This document shows positions 21,356 through 31,026 of a DNA stretch of 60,817 nucleotides, piece by piece (the first letter of the stretch is position 1; every line of letters begins with the position of its first letter). Under the pieces are notes generated by a model that ran no database searches, had not been told where the DNA came from, and was given only the letters and a program-made list of their open reading frames with translations. The stretch is from contig CAWJBB010000073.1 of the NCBI GenBank assembly GCA_963840855.1, forward strand, positions 1 through 60,817, given 5' to 3'. The stretch comes from an uncultured delta proteobacterium. Lineage in GTDB: Bacteria > Desulfobacterota > Binatia > UBA9968. A program made the position numbers and the translations under genes.

Positions 21356-21358
21356 AGA

Positions 21359-22126
21359 TCACGAAGCTTGGGCGGAAAGAAGAAAATGCTTTCTGAGCCA
21401 CGCACTAAGGCCATCCATCGCGAGAACGACCACCAGCACCAACAGTAAAACCGTTGCCAACCGACGATAATCGAGACTTTGCAGATAGATCTGGATCACG
21501 AAGCCCAGGCCGCCGGCGCCGACAAACCCGAGTATCGACGAGGCGCGGATATTGTACTCGAGCATGAAGAGCACCTGAGCCAGGACCGCGTTGGCTGCTT
21601 CCGGAATGATCACAAAGCGCACCAGTTGGAGTTTGGACGCGCCGGTGCTTTTTACGGCCTCGAGGATTTCCGGGTCGGTTCCTTCAAACAAATCAGCATA
21701 GATTTTGGCTAGATACCCGACGGTGTAGGCGGCGATCCCGAATGTCCCGGCGAGGGGTCCAAGACCGACGAGAATAACGAAAATAATGGCCCAGAGGAGC
21801 ACCGGAATGGTGCGAATGCTAGCGGCGACGAAGCGCGCGAAGCCCGACAGCCAGGGTGAGAATAAACGTCTGGTGCCGAGAATGCTCAAGGGGAACGATG
21901 CCAGGAATCCCAGGAGCGTGCCCGCGAATGACATTTCCACCGTTTCCCAAAGCGCGGCGCCGGCGGTGGGAAGGATTCCTATGTCGGGCGGAATCAAATC
22001 CCGCCCAAGGATGCCCAAGTTGCGAAAACCGCGCGTGAGCCGTTCCCAGTCGAAAAATCCTAGGTGGCCGAGTACCGCGAGCAGGAAAAGCGCGGTGGCG
22101 ATGGGCAAAAGCAGCGTCGATTTCAC
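21359..22126 (-). CDS. PhnE/PtxC-like ABC permease
   Basis: RTIP.LLWAIIFV..VGLGP.AG, EA..STGA, EYNIRAS.ILGFVGAGGLG. Confidence 0.88.
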   Translation of the reverse strand: MKSTLLLPIATALFLLAVLGHLGFFDWERLTRGFRNLGILGRDLIPPDIGILPTAGAALWETVEMSFAGTLLGFLASFPLSILGTRRLFSPWLSGFARFVAASIRTIPVLLWAIIFVILVGLGPLAGTFGIAAYTVGYLAKIYADLFEGTDPEILEAVKSTGASKLQLVRFVIIPEAANAVLAQVLFMLEYNIRASSILGFVGAGGLGFVIQIYLQSLDYRRLATVLLLVLVVVLAMDGLSAWLRKHFLLSAQAS

Positions 22127-22872
22127 GGGGTCGGGTCGATTTGTTCAGTTTCGAGTATCTCGTTGCCAATGAATCCGCGCACGATTTCGGCGTTTTGCAG
22201 AGCGAGAACTTCGTCGCCGAATTGGCGCGCCAGGCCGAATCGGTGCATGCTCATGATAAAAGTGATGTTTTCTTTTTCCGCGGCGCGCCGGATGCGGGCG
22301 AGAATCTCGGATGCCAGAGCGAGATCCAAGTCCGAGGCGAATTCATCAGCAACCACCACGCGGGGATGCTGGAGTAGAGTACGCGCGATAGCGACCCGCT
22401 GGCGCTCGCCGCCGCTCATGTGAAAGACCAGTTCGGAACTCTTGTGAGCGATGCCCATCATGTCGAGGGCCGCCTGCGCTTTTTCGATTTCATCGCGCGG
22501 AAAAAGGCCCAGGAGGGCCTGGCCGTCACCGATCCGGCCCAACGCGCCCATCAAAACGTTATCGAGGGCGGATAAGTTGCGCACCAAACCCAATTGCTGG
22601 GGAATATAACCGATGAGCGAACTCAAGCGACGCCGGTCGAGCTCTTGCGTGGGCTGGCCGAAAACGCTCACCCGCCCTTCGTTGGATTTGAGTATTCCGG
22701 CCAGTATCCGCAACAGTGTCGTCTTTCCCGTTCCGGAGGGCCCCATGATGACGGTATGTTTTCCCGCCGGAATCGACAGCGAAATATCTCGCAGCACCCA
22801 GTTGTGGTTGCGATAAGCAAACCAGACTTGGTCCGCTTGCATAGCGTACGGCGCTTTGCCGTTATGCGTCAC
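22123..22872 (-). CDS. PhnC-like ABC ATPase
   Basis: GPSGTGKTT, NVLMGALG, MSGGERQRVAIAR. Confidence 0.88.
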   Translation of the reverse strand: MTHNGKAPYAMQADQVWFAYRNHNWVLRDISLSIPAGKHTVIMGPSGTGKTTLLRILAGILKSNEGRVSVFGQPTQELDRRRLSSLIGYIPQQLGLVRNLSALDNVLMGALGRIGDGQALLGLFPRDEIEKAQAALDMMGIAHKSSELVFHMSGGERQRVAIARTLLQHPRVVVADEFASDLDLALASEILARIRRAAEKENITFIMSMHRFGLARQFGDEVLALQNAEIVRGFIGNEILETEQIDPTP

Positions 22873-23819
22873 AGGCGCTCCGTGTACTTCAGATTGGCGA
22901 GTTTGAGAAACTTTTGCAGCGAGCCGAGGTGCTCGCTCGCCGTGGTCGGCTTAAAGCCGACGAAGATGCTGGAAATGAAAGTGCGCATGAGGTCGCGATG
23001 CTCGGGCGCTCCCAATTTCGTCACAGTCTGGATCACGCGGCCGCGCAGCGGGTCTTTCAATTCTTTGCTCAGCACTACGGCATGCGAGGGAATCGGCCCC
23101 TGCTGTTCAACGGTGCGAGTGCCAGCGAGGACTTCATTATAAAGTTTCTCGGGCACATCGCCGGCGATCACAGTCGTGTCCACTTGGCCTTGCTTGAGGG
23201 CTTGCCAGCACTGGCCGTAACCGCCGCCGAACAAAACTTCCTTGAAGTAGGCCTTGGGATCGGCTTCTTTGCCTTCGCCGGGCTGCAATAGATTCATTTC
23301 GACCATCCGGCCGATGGGCGCGACAAAACCGGATGTAGAGATCGGGCTGGGAAAGCACGCGCTCTTGCCCTTCAACGACTGCAAGTCCTTGTACGGCGAG
23401 TCCGGCAGCACAATCCAATATGAGTAATAATACGGAGCATCGACCTTTTCTTTACCGTGCAAAACCTGGCGGATCTCTGCCAGCGCGACTTCCGCGCCAC
23501 CCAGCCTAACGGCCAGCTGAGCGGGCCAAGCGGACATAAACGCCACGTGGGCATGGCCGAATCGTAATGACTCGACAACCGCCGCGTAACTGCTCGGCAC
23601 GTAAATTTCGACTTTGGTTTTACCGCCCAGGCCTTTTTCAAGGAACTGCTGCAGCGGCTTTGCCTTGTTGAGCATCTCGTCGCTGGCGACCGTCGGCTGA
23701 ATCGCGATGACGAGCTTGCCCTGGCCCCATGCGGAAGCTAGAGGAGCCATGATGAAAAGCAGGCTCATCAATAGACCTCCGGTGAGGGATAGTGGTAGGA
23801 TTCGATCGTTAGTATTCAT
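22869..23819 (-). CDS. PhnD/PtxB-like substrate-binding protein
   Basis: YAAVVESLRFG, YYSYW, SPISTSGF..P; N-terminal signal. Confidence 0.85.
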   Translation of the reverse strand: MNTNDRILPLSLTGGLLMSLLFIMAPLASAWGQGKLVIAIQPTVASDEMLNKAKPLQQFLEKGLGGKTKVEIYVPSSYAAVVESLRFGHAHVAFMSAWPAQLAVRLGGAEVALAEIRQVLHGKEKVDAPYYYSYWIVLPDSPYKDLQSLKGKSACFPSPISTSGFVAPIGRMVEMNLLQPGEGKEADPKAYFKEVLFGGGYGQCWQALKQGQVDTTVIAGDVPEKLYNEVLAGTRTVEQQGPIPSHAVVLSKELKDPLRGRVIQTVTKLGAPEHRDLMRTFISSIFVGFKPTTASEHLGSLQKFLKLANLKYTERL

Positions 23820-23907
23820 GAACTCAACTCCTTTTTATAACTTGATCTTCGGAATCCAGGACTATATGGTAAATAGGACACTTCACACTTGGTTCCATTT
23901 AGAAAAT

Positions 23908-23927
23908 AAGTTTAGATGACCAAACTT
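23908..23927. promoter_or_regulatory. Putative DtxR/MntR-family operator
   Basis: Imperfect palindrome AAGTTTAGATGACCAAACTT between the divergent phnD-like gene and the DtxR gene. Confidence 0.6.
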
Positions 23928-23950
23928 TAAAAGTTTCTATATTCGTACTG

Positions 23951-24634
23951 ATGTCGATTGTCAAGCCCATGCGCAATGCCAAAATATCCCCCGCCACGGA
24001 GGATTACCTGCGGACAATTTATGCCCTGGAGGAGGAGATCCAGCCGGTCATCGCCGCGCGGGTCGCCGACGAAATGGGCGTGTCCGCCTCGACGATGGTC
24101 AGCACGCTGCGCCGCCTGGAGAGGGAGGGCTATCTCAAGGTCGAGCACCGCAAGGAGATTCGGTTAACGGCTGCAGGAAATAGCGTCGCGGAGCGAATTC
24201 TCAGGCGTCATTTCTTGATCGAGCGGTTTTTGACCGACATGCTCGGCCTGGACTGGGTGAAAGCGCACCAGGAAGCCCATCGTCTGGAGCACGCCGTTTC
24301 CCAAGAGGTGGAGGAGCGGCTGGCGAAGTTGCTGCACCACCCGTCGACATGCCCGCACGGCAATCCGATCCCAGGGGCCGGCGTATCGAAGTCGGCCAAG
24401 TCGATGCCGTTGCATCAAGTCCCGGAAGGCAAGGAAGTTGAGCTTGAATATATAACCGAAGGGGGCGAGCGCGACGCCCGCTTGCTGGGCTATCTACAGG
24501 ACCACAAACTCGTCCCCGGGGCAAAGCTTCAAGTGGTGGATGTGGCGCCCTCGCTGGGGATGATGACGTTGGCGGTGGGCCAGAAGCAATTTTCTCTGGG
24601 CATCGAGGCCGCGAAAAAAATCCGCGTCCACTAA
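23951..24634 (+). CDS. DtxR/IdeR/MntR-family metal-dependent regulator with FeoA domain
   Basis: EDYL..IY, RRH.LIERFL, EAHRLEH, CPHGNPIP, SH3-like C-terminus. Confidence 0.93.
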   Translation: MSIVKPMRNAKISPATEDYLRTIYALEEEIQPVIAARVADEMGVSASTMVSTLRRLEREGYLKVEHRKEIRLTAAGNSVAERILRRHFLIERFLTDMLGLDWVKAHQEAHRLEHAVSQEVEERLAKLLHHPSTCPHGNPIPGAGVSKSAKSMPLHQVPEGKEVELEYITEGGERDARLLGYLQDHKLVPGAKLQVVDVAPSLGMMTLAVGQKQFSLGIEAAKKIRVH

Positions 24635-24714
24635 CCGGACTATTATTACAGGGAACCTAACCTATGACCACGCGTAATCCGAGGATTCGGCCTCGGATGG
24701 GGCCATCAACCGGG

Positions 24715-24788
24715 GTTCAAAACGTTCAAGTCGTTTAAGCCGTTCAAGACGTTTTGAACAATTGGAACTTTTTGAACGAATTGAACGG
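24715..24788. repeat. GTTCAA/TTGAAC 9-nt-period inverted tandem repeat
   Basis: Four GTTCAA-like units followed by four TTGAAC-like units. Confidence 0.75.
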
Positions 24789-24822
24789 CGCGCGGTATTA
24801 ATACCGGGCGCCCTCTTGAAGG

Positions 24823-25071
24823 TCAAGCCGTCTCGGCTAACTCGGCGGCGTCTTCCGCGAGCGCCAATGACAGGAAGTCGATTTGGTCGCTGAGGGGCGC
24901 GTCGCGGTCTATGAGGATTAACTCCCGCCCCTTGACCCGGCAGCGGCCGCTGTGGACCCGGTAGCCGACCTCGCGCAAAAGTTTTTCCGCGCGCACTTCA
25001 ATGTTTTTTTCTCTGGCGGCCCTGATCAAAGCTTGTAGCCGCGCCTCATGTTTGTTTCTTGGATGTGCCAT
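24823..25071 (-). CDS. Hypothetical protein
   Basis: MAHPRNK...VR.EKL...SGRCRV.G...ILID; protein-like composition. Confidence 0.6.
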   Translation of the reverse strand: MAHPRNKHEARLQALIRAAREKNIEVRAEKLLREVGYRVHSGRCRVKGRELILIDRDAPLSDQIDFLSLALAEDAAELAETA

Positions 25072-25262
25072 CGCGCAAACTCTCGAAGGATTCGCACGAT
25101 TATGTCCCAAAGTTCGACCGTTGTAAATCAAGCCCGGGAATAATTGCTTGCAAATTGGCCGCGGATTGTTATCGTAGCGGGCGGGCAAACCCGTTGAAGT
25201 CGTTCTCGGATTCCGTCTGGAATCTATCTTCTTTGGCGGGTGCGAACGGGACCGGAGGAATA

Positions 25263-26099
25263 ATGATCAAAAACATTTTGGTTCCTCTCGATGGTTCAGA
25301 GCATTCCAGGGCGGCTCTCGATTACGCGCTGTGGCTGGCGGAAAGATTCGACGGCATGCTTTTCGGCCAGCATGTCATCGACACTATTTCCATCGAAGGA
25401 ACTTTTTTTCACGATGTCTCCGGGTCCCTGGGGTTTGAGCCCTATTTGGATTTCTCCACCAAGATGAGAGAAATTCTCGAGGAGCGCGGCAAAAGCATTC
25501 TCGAGTCTTTTGCCGAGAGCTGCCGCGAAAAACGGATAAGGCACCAAACGTTTCTCGATATGGGCCTGATCGCCAACGAGATTTGCGAGCGCTCGAAGGT
25601 CGCCGACCTGGTAGTCGTCGGCCACCGCGGCATCAACGAGGAGTTTTCCAGCGGTCTGTTGGGCAGCACCGCGGAGACAATTACCCGAAAGTGTCCGCGG
25701 CCGGTGTTTGTCTCGACGAAGAGGTTCAAAGCCGTCGAGCGGCCCATGTTGGCCTATGACGGCAGCCAGCGCGCCAGCTCAGCCATGGAGTCGGCGGCGG
25801 AGTTCTGCGCGCGACTGAGTTTGCCGCTCACCGTGTTGACCATCGCCCGGGAAGACAAGCTGGCCGAAAGCGTACAGCACCAAGCCAAGGGCTATCTCGG
25901 CTCCTACAACATCGAAACGCGCTACGAGAGCGCGCGGGGTTATCCGGAGCAAAAAATTATCGAATACCTCACCAACTTCGGCCACGACCTGCTTTTCATC
26001 GGCGCCTATGGCCACCGGCGCATCATCGAGATGGTCCTCGGCAGCACCACGGAATACGTGATGCGCAACGCCACTTGTCCGGTGTTCATGAACCGGTGA
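25263..26099 (+). CDS. Tandem-domain universal stress protein
   Basis: IKNILVPLDGS, DLVVVG..G...LLGST, AYDGS, GAYGH...LGSTTE. Confidence 0.92.
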   Translation: MIKNILVPLDGSEHSRAALDYALWLAERFDGMLFGQHVIDTISIEGTFFHDVSGSLGFEPYLDFSTKMREILEERGKSILESFAESCREKRIRHQTFLDMGLIANEICERSKVADLVVVGHRGINEEFSSGLLGSTAETITRKCPRPVFVSTKRFKAVERPMLAYDGSQRASSAMESAAEFCARLSLPLTVLTIAREDKLAESVQHQAKGYLGSYNIETRYESARGYPEQKIIEYLTNFGHDLLFIGAYGHRRIIEMVLGSTTEYVMRNATCPVFMNR

Positions 26100-26129
26100 G
26101 ATAAACGGATCAACGTTCAAGGTTCAAGA

Positions 26130-26933
26130 ATGAAGTTCATCGCCGCTGCCGTTCAAATGTTGGCGTCGGATAACAAGGCGACCAATCTCGCCGAGGCGGA
26201 ACGGTGGATTCGCGAAGCGGCCCAACGCGGCGCGCGGCTTATCGTGCTGCCGGAAGTATTCATTTGGCGGGGCAATAAAAAGGAAGAGAGATATTCGGCG
26301 GAAGCTATTCCCGGCCCGACGTCAGAGCGGCTCTCGGCTTTGGCGCGTGAATTGGAAATCTATCTCCTCGGCGGTTCAATCCTCGAAGAAATCCCCGGCA
26401 GCGACAAAGCCTACAATACCAGCTTGTTGTTCGGTCCATCCGGCGAACTTCTCGCGAGCTACCGTAAGATTCATCTATTCGACGTGGATCTCGCCAACGG
26501 CGTGTCGCTGCGCGAATCGGCCACCCGCGAGTACGGTGATTCAGTCGTCGCCGTTAAGACTGACCTTTGTACGATGGCTTTGACGGTCTGTTACGACCTC
26601 CGCTTTCCGGAGTTGTATCGCGGGCTTGCGGCAAAAGGCGCAGATTTGATTTTCGTGCCTTCGGCGTTCACGGCGTTCACCGGCCAAGCCCACTGGGAGC
26701 CGCTGCTGCGCGCGCGGGCGATTGAAAATCAAGTTTACATCATCGCGCCGGATCAATACGGCAAAAGTCCCAAGAGTTTCGAAACCCACGGTCATTCGAT
26801 GATCGTCGATCCGTGGGGAAAGGTCATCGCGGAGCTACCCGACGGGCCAGGAGTGATCACGGCCGAAATCGATCTGGATTATCTCGCCAAAGTGCGCGGC
26901 GAGTTGCCGGCGCTAAAGCACCGCAGGCTGTAG
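26130..26933 (+). CDS. Carbon-nitrogen hydrolase (Nit1-like amidase)
   Basis: LPE, YRKIHLFDV, CYDLRFPE triad; HWE.LLRARAIENQ. Confidence 0.92.
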   Translation: MKFIAAAVQMLASDNKATNLAEAERWIREAAQRGARLIVLPEVFIWRGNKKEERYSAEAIPGPTSERLSALARELEIYLLGGSILEEIPGSDKAYNTSLLFGPSGELLASYRKIHLFDVDLANGVSLRESATREYGDSVVAVKTDLCTMALTVCYDLRFPELYRGLAAKGADLIFVPSAFTAFTGQAHWEPLLRARAIENQVYIIAPDQYGKSPKSFETHGHSMIVDPWGKVIAELPDGPGVITAEIDLDYLAKVRGELPALKHRRL

Positions 26934-26981
26934 TTAGGTGTCCTCGATCGGAGAGGCATTCGATTGCACTCAAGCCTGGTT

Positions 26982-27428
26982 CTATAGCAGCGCTACGAAC
27001 CCGATACGCGAAATTCTGGCAAAGAAGGGCGCCGGATTGTTTCGAACGAGACGTAAGATTCTCGGGAGCGCCGTTATAAAAGCGTCGGCCATCTCTTGGG
27101 CCTTCATCTCGCCGCTGCCGAAAATGAAGACTCGCACTTTATTGCTTCGATACGCCTCTAGCGCGGCCGGCCGGTAGCGAATTCGATCATCTTTGGTAAG
27201 GACAATCCAGCCGCGCTTACCTACTTCCAAGAGCCAATCTTCGTCTGGTGCATTCTGGGGAAAGTGATCGTCATGAACCTCGACAGTGAGCCCGCACTGG
27301 CGAAGCTTCGCCGCGATTATTTTTTTACCCAAGGAGCGGTCGATAAAGAAAACGTGGCTTACACTAGGCGGCGTCGAGCCAGAGTTCGCAGCGGATCGCT
27401 TCTTCGATGTCCGATCTGGAGCGGCCAT
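26982..27428 (-). CDS. VapC45-like PIN toxin
   Basis: FFIDRSLG, D.DWL..VG.RGWIVLTKD.RIRY; start uncertain. Confidence 0.8.
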   Translation of the reverse strand: MAAPDRTSKKRSAANSGSTPPSVSHVFFIDRSLGKKIIAAKLRQCGLTVEVHDDHFPQNAPDEDWLLEVGKRGWIVLTKDDRIRYRPAALEAYRSNKVRVFIFGSGEMKAQEMADAFITALPRILRLVRNNPAPFFARISRIGFVALL

Positions 27429-28032
27429 AGTCCTCCGCCAACTCTTCTATCGACTCGCCGGCTTTGTATCGCTGTGCGATTATGGTGGTGGCGATGCCGG
27501 TGCCCGTTAATACAGGCCGGCCGAAAGAGACGTAGGGATCTATGACGATGGTCCTGGGCTCCTCAGGCTTACGTTCCCGGGTGAAGGGGTAGAGCCTGAC
27601 CGGAATCCCAACCGGATCTCGCTCGACGCGTTGGAGGTATGCTTCGATCAGCTCTTTGATGACCAGTTGCCCCTCGCGCGTGATATTCACCAGTTTGCCG
27701 AAAAGCTCGACGAACAAGTCAACGCCGTCGGTGGCGAACTTTTGTTCCGCGAGCGGGTGCTTGGAACCAAGCTGATTCTTGAGATAATCGACGGACTTTC
27801 TCACATGGCTCAGAGGCACACCGTGCGCCCGCCTGAGCGCATCGAGCACATGAACCTCGACGAGATTCACAAAAGATAAAAGGCGCTCATCTTTATCCGG
27901 CAGCTGAATGATCGGCCTAAAAAACCGCTTTCCGGTCTCCGTAGGGTAGTGCCGGCCCAACACCCACGATCTGAGTGTAGCTTTAGGAATACCCAGATAG
28001 TGAGCAGCCTCCGCTATCCCGTACGCAGGCAT
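27364..28032 (-). CDS. VapB45-like DUF433 antitoxin
   Basis: Y...EAA.YL.IP..TLRSW HTH; IDP...FGRP...G; AGES.EELA.DY. Confidence 0.85.
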   Translation of the reverse strand: MPAYGIAEAAHYLGIPKATLRSWVLGRHYPTETGKRFFRPIIQLPDKDERLLSFVNLVEVHVLDALRRAHGVPLSHVRKSVDYLKNQLGSKHPLAEQKFATDGVDLFVELFGKLVNITREGQLVIKELIEAYLQRVERDPVGIPVRLYPFTRERKPEEPRTIVIDPYVSFGRPVLTGTGIATTIIAQRYKAGESIEELAEDYGRSRSDIEEAIRCELWLDAA

Positions 28033-28199
28033 CTCCCGGAGGTCGCGTTTCTTATGTGGCGCGTCGATTCTTCAAGGTAATCAGAAGATACACCAAAGGG
28101 GTCTATAGTCTTCAACGTCAGAGCACGCGGGTATGAGCGGCGGCGCCATGAATTTTACCTTCGCTACTTGCAAGCGACTTCGGCATCACCCTTGAAAAT

Positions 28200-31026
28200 C
28201 TAGCCGCTCGCGCTCTGCTCCAGAATGGCAACCACGTCGCCGGGCTGCTTCGACACCGCCCAGCACCATTTTCCAAACCCACCGTGCTCGTTCACGGCCT
28301 TAACCCACTCGTCCAAGAAACGCGCGCTTGGTTTTGTCCTGGTCGGTGTCCTGGCCTTTGGTTTCGAGAACTAGAAAGCTCCCGCTCTTTAACCGGATGA
28401 TAAAATCGGGCCGGTATTTGTGCACGACGCCTTTGTAAACATAGAGCACTTCGAAACCGAGATGATCGTTCTTCACCCATGCGTCGACGTTTTTATTGCG
28501 GTCCAATTCGAAGGCTTCCGTCGCCTCCCAGGTGCTGTCGAAAACGCAGAAGTTGATATGCGACCGCTTCGTGAATTCGCAGGGCTTGCCGGTATACCAG
28601 GTCCGCATGTCGCCCGTCGAAACGATCGGTCTCTCCGTGTCGAAGACCGGAACCAGCGACTCGGTATTCTCGGAGCTGATGCTCTCCCACATATGTTGCA
28701 CGACCTTGCTCATGTTGAGCGTGACGACAAGCCGGCGCCGCAGGTCGTCCTGGTTGAAAAGCGGCGGAGTGATCTGAATCTTCCCGGAGCGCGAGAAACT
28801 CTTCCACCAAGCGGATGAGCCTGAGCCAGCAGGAATTCTTTGTTGCCTTTCCAGGTCGGCTTCATCTGATCGAAGATGCCGCGGGCGGTCTCAAAGACGA
28901 TCTTCTGCCAGCGAAATTTGCTTGCCCAGCTCCTCAAGATCGATCTCGGATAGCTTTGTGACGTCCGGTTTGCCTTCAACAATCGGCGCGACTTCGGCCA
29001 AGGTCGGCGTCTTCAGCGCATCCAGCTCCAGCGGTTTCACCTTCGCCAAATCCAGCTTTAGCTCTTGGCCGGTACACGTGATCGATCCGGATAATGTTCG
29101 GCCAACTGATCTCGAATTCTTTCTTCTCGATCACGGGCTCGATCTTGCGTTTTCGGCGGTGGCGGCGGTGGCGGAGGCGTCGTCTTGCGCCTCGTGCGGC
29201 AAGAACGTGAACGGCACGCCGAAGATGTTGACGTACTCCGGCTCGAACAGTCCTTCTGCTTTGTCGAATTCATAGGAGACGTGCGGCTGCAGGCCCGCCC
29301 GACGACCTGCTCGCACAGCAACTGGCTGGAGAAGGCGCGCAGCCCCATGATGTGGGTCACGGTCTTGGCGTCCCAGCCTTCCGAGAGCATGCCGACCGAG
29401 ATCACGTTCTGGATCTGCTCGCCCGGCTTGCCCGACCTGGCCTACGGTATCGACCTGACGCCGGAGCTGCTCCGCCTGCTCCTTCTTGGTCAGCTTTCTG
29501 CACCGGCTCGTCGTCGTCCGTCTTCGTCCTCTCGCTCCGTCGTCGCCGTTGAGCGCCACCGGCTTCTTCCTGCGGCTTCGGCCATCTCGAGGACCTTGGA
29601 GTCGATGTGCAGCGTCCGCTCCGGGATCGCAGAGTTCATCGATGCAGGATCTTCTTGTGGTCGAAGGCGTATTTGACGCGCGCCGCCGTTTCGGTGCGGT
29701 TCGCCACGGTGATCATGACGGGCGGCGTGCGGAGCCCTCGCTCCTTCCATGCCTTCGCCGCTTCCAGCCAGTCCTTGCCGAGCAGATAGTAAGCGTTGAT
29801 GACCAGGTCGGGCAGCGGCTCGTGCTCTTCGGCTTTGCGATTGAGGTCGTCTTTGACATGCTCGGTAGATGTGATAGAGCTTCGACTTGTAAGTCTTGGC
29901 GTCCGGCATGCCGTCGTCGCGGACGACGACGCGCGGCGTTTTGACCAAGCCCGGACTCGATGGCGTCGTTGAGCCCGAAGTCGCTGACGATCCAGCCGAA
30001 CAGCGCTTCCTCGGAGCTCTTCTTGCCGGACGGCGCGAACGGCGTCGCCGAGAAGTCGTAGCAGTTGAGGATCCCGCGCGCCTTGTGGATGCGGTCCAGC
30101 CCGCCGACCCACTTCGTCGCTTCCTCGATGTCTTCCTTCGTGACGCCCTTGACCTTCGACTCCGCCGGCACGCGCCAGGCATGGTGCGCTTCGTCGTTGA
30201 TGACGACGATGTTGCGCGCTGCTGGCCATCTCGCCCGAGCACTTCGCGGACGTAAGCCTCATCGCTCTTGGCGCCGCGCTTATCCACGGACTTCTTTCTT
30301 GGCGATCTGCTCGTCCGATCTCCCAGTTCAGCGTGTGCCAGTTGCGGACGAGCACCTTGCCCTGGCGCAGCTTGTCCAGCAGCGCCGGCGGCACGATGTT
30401 GAATTCGTCGTAGTAGTTGTCCTGTGCCGGCCGGCACGAGCACCTGGAGACGGCTTTTGACCGTGAGGCCAGGCGCGACGACGAAGATGTGCTTCGAGAA
30501 GCGCGTGTCCTGCGGATAGGTGACCTTGTTGAGGACCTGCCAGGCGATCAGCATCGCCATGACGATGGTCTTGCCGGAGCCGGTCGCCATCTTGGCGCAC
30601 AGCCGCGTGAAACGCTCCGCCGTCCGAGGGAATCTCGATGCCGACTTGCTCGGCTGCCGGCGCTTCGGCCAGCCAGATCAGGGTCTCGATGGCTTCGAGC
30701 TGGCAGAAGAAGAACTGACGTCTCGCGTTCGTCGGGATTATTCCAGTGCTCGAGCAGCCGCTTGGTGATCCCGGTGACGCCCGGATAGCCCGCCTCTCGC
30801 CACGCCTTCACGCGCGGCCGGATCTGGTTGACCAGCGGGATCTCGACGAAGACGCCCGGATCGTCGAAGGCCTTGCGAGCTTTGCGACGCGATGACGTAC
30901 CCGGCCGGCCGCCGGCCGTCTTCTTGAGTCGAACGTCCGGGTCTCGCGGTCGTAGCTCCAGTAGCTGCTGCGGCTCTTCGTAAGGCGAGTTGATGATGAG
31001 ATGGTCGATGGTGGTCGGTTGCCCAT
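28200..31026 (-). CDS. Type III-like restriction endonuclease/helicase (Res), multiply frameshifted
   Basis: [24 protein letters not shown] (read across frames), SATP, MLSEGWD, Y.PDF..LE.KG across successive frames. Confidence 0.85.

Noticed and set aside
24715-24788. GTTCAA arrays as a CRISPR array
   Set aside because: The units are 6-9 nt with no unique spacers, and there are no cas genes.
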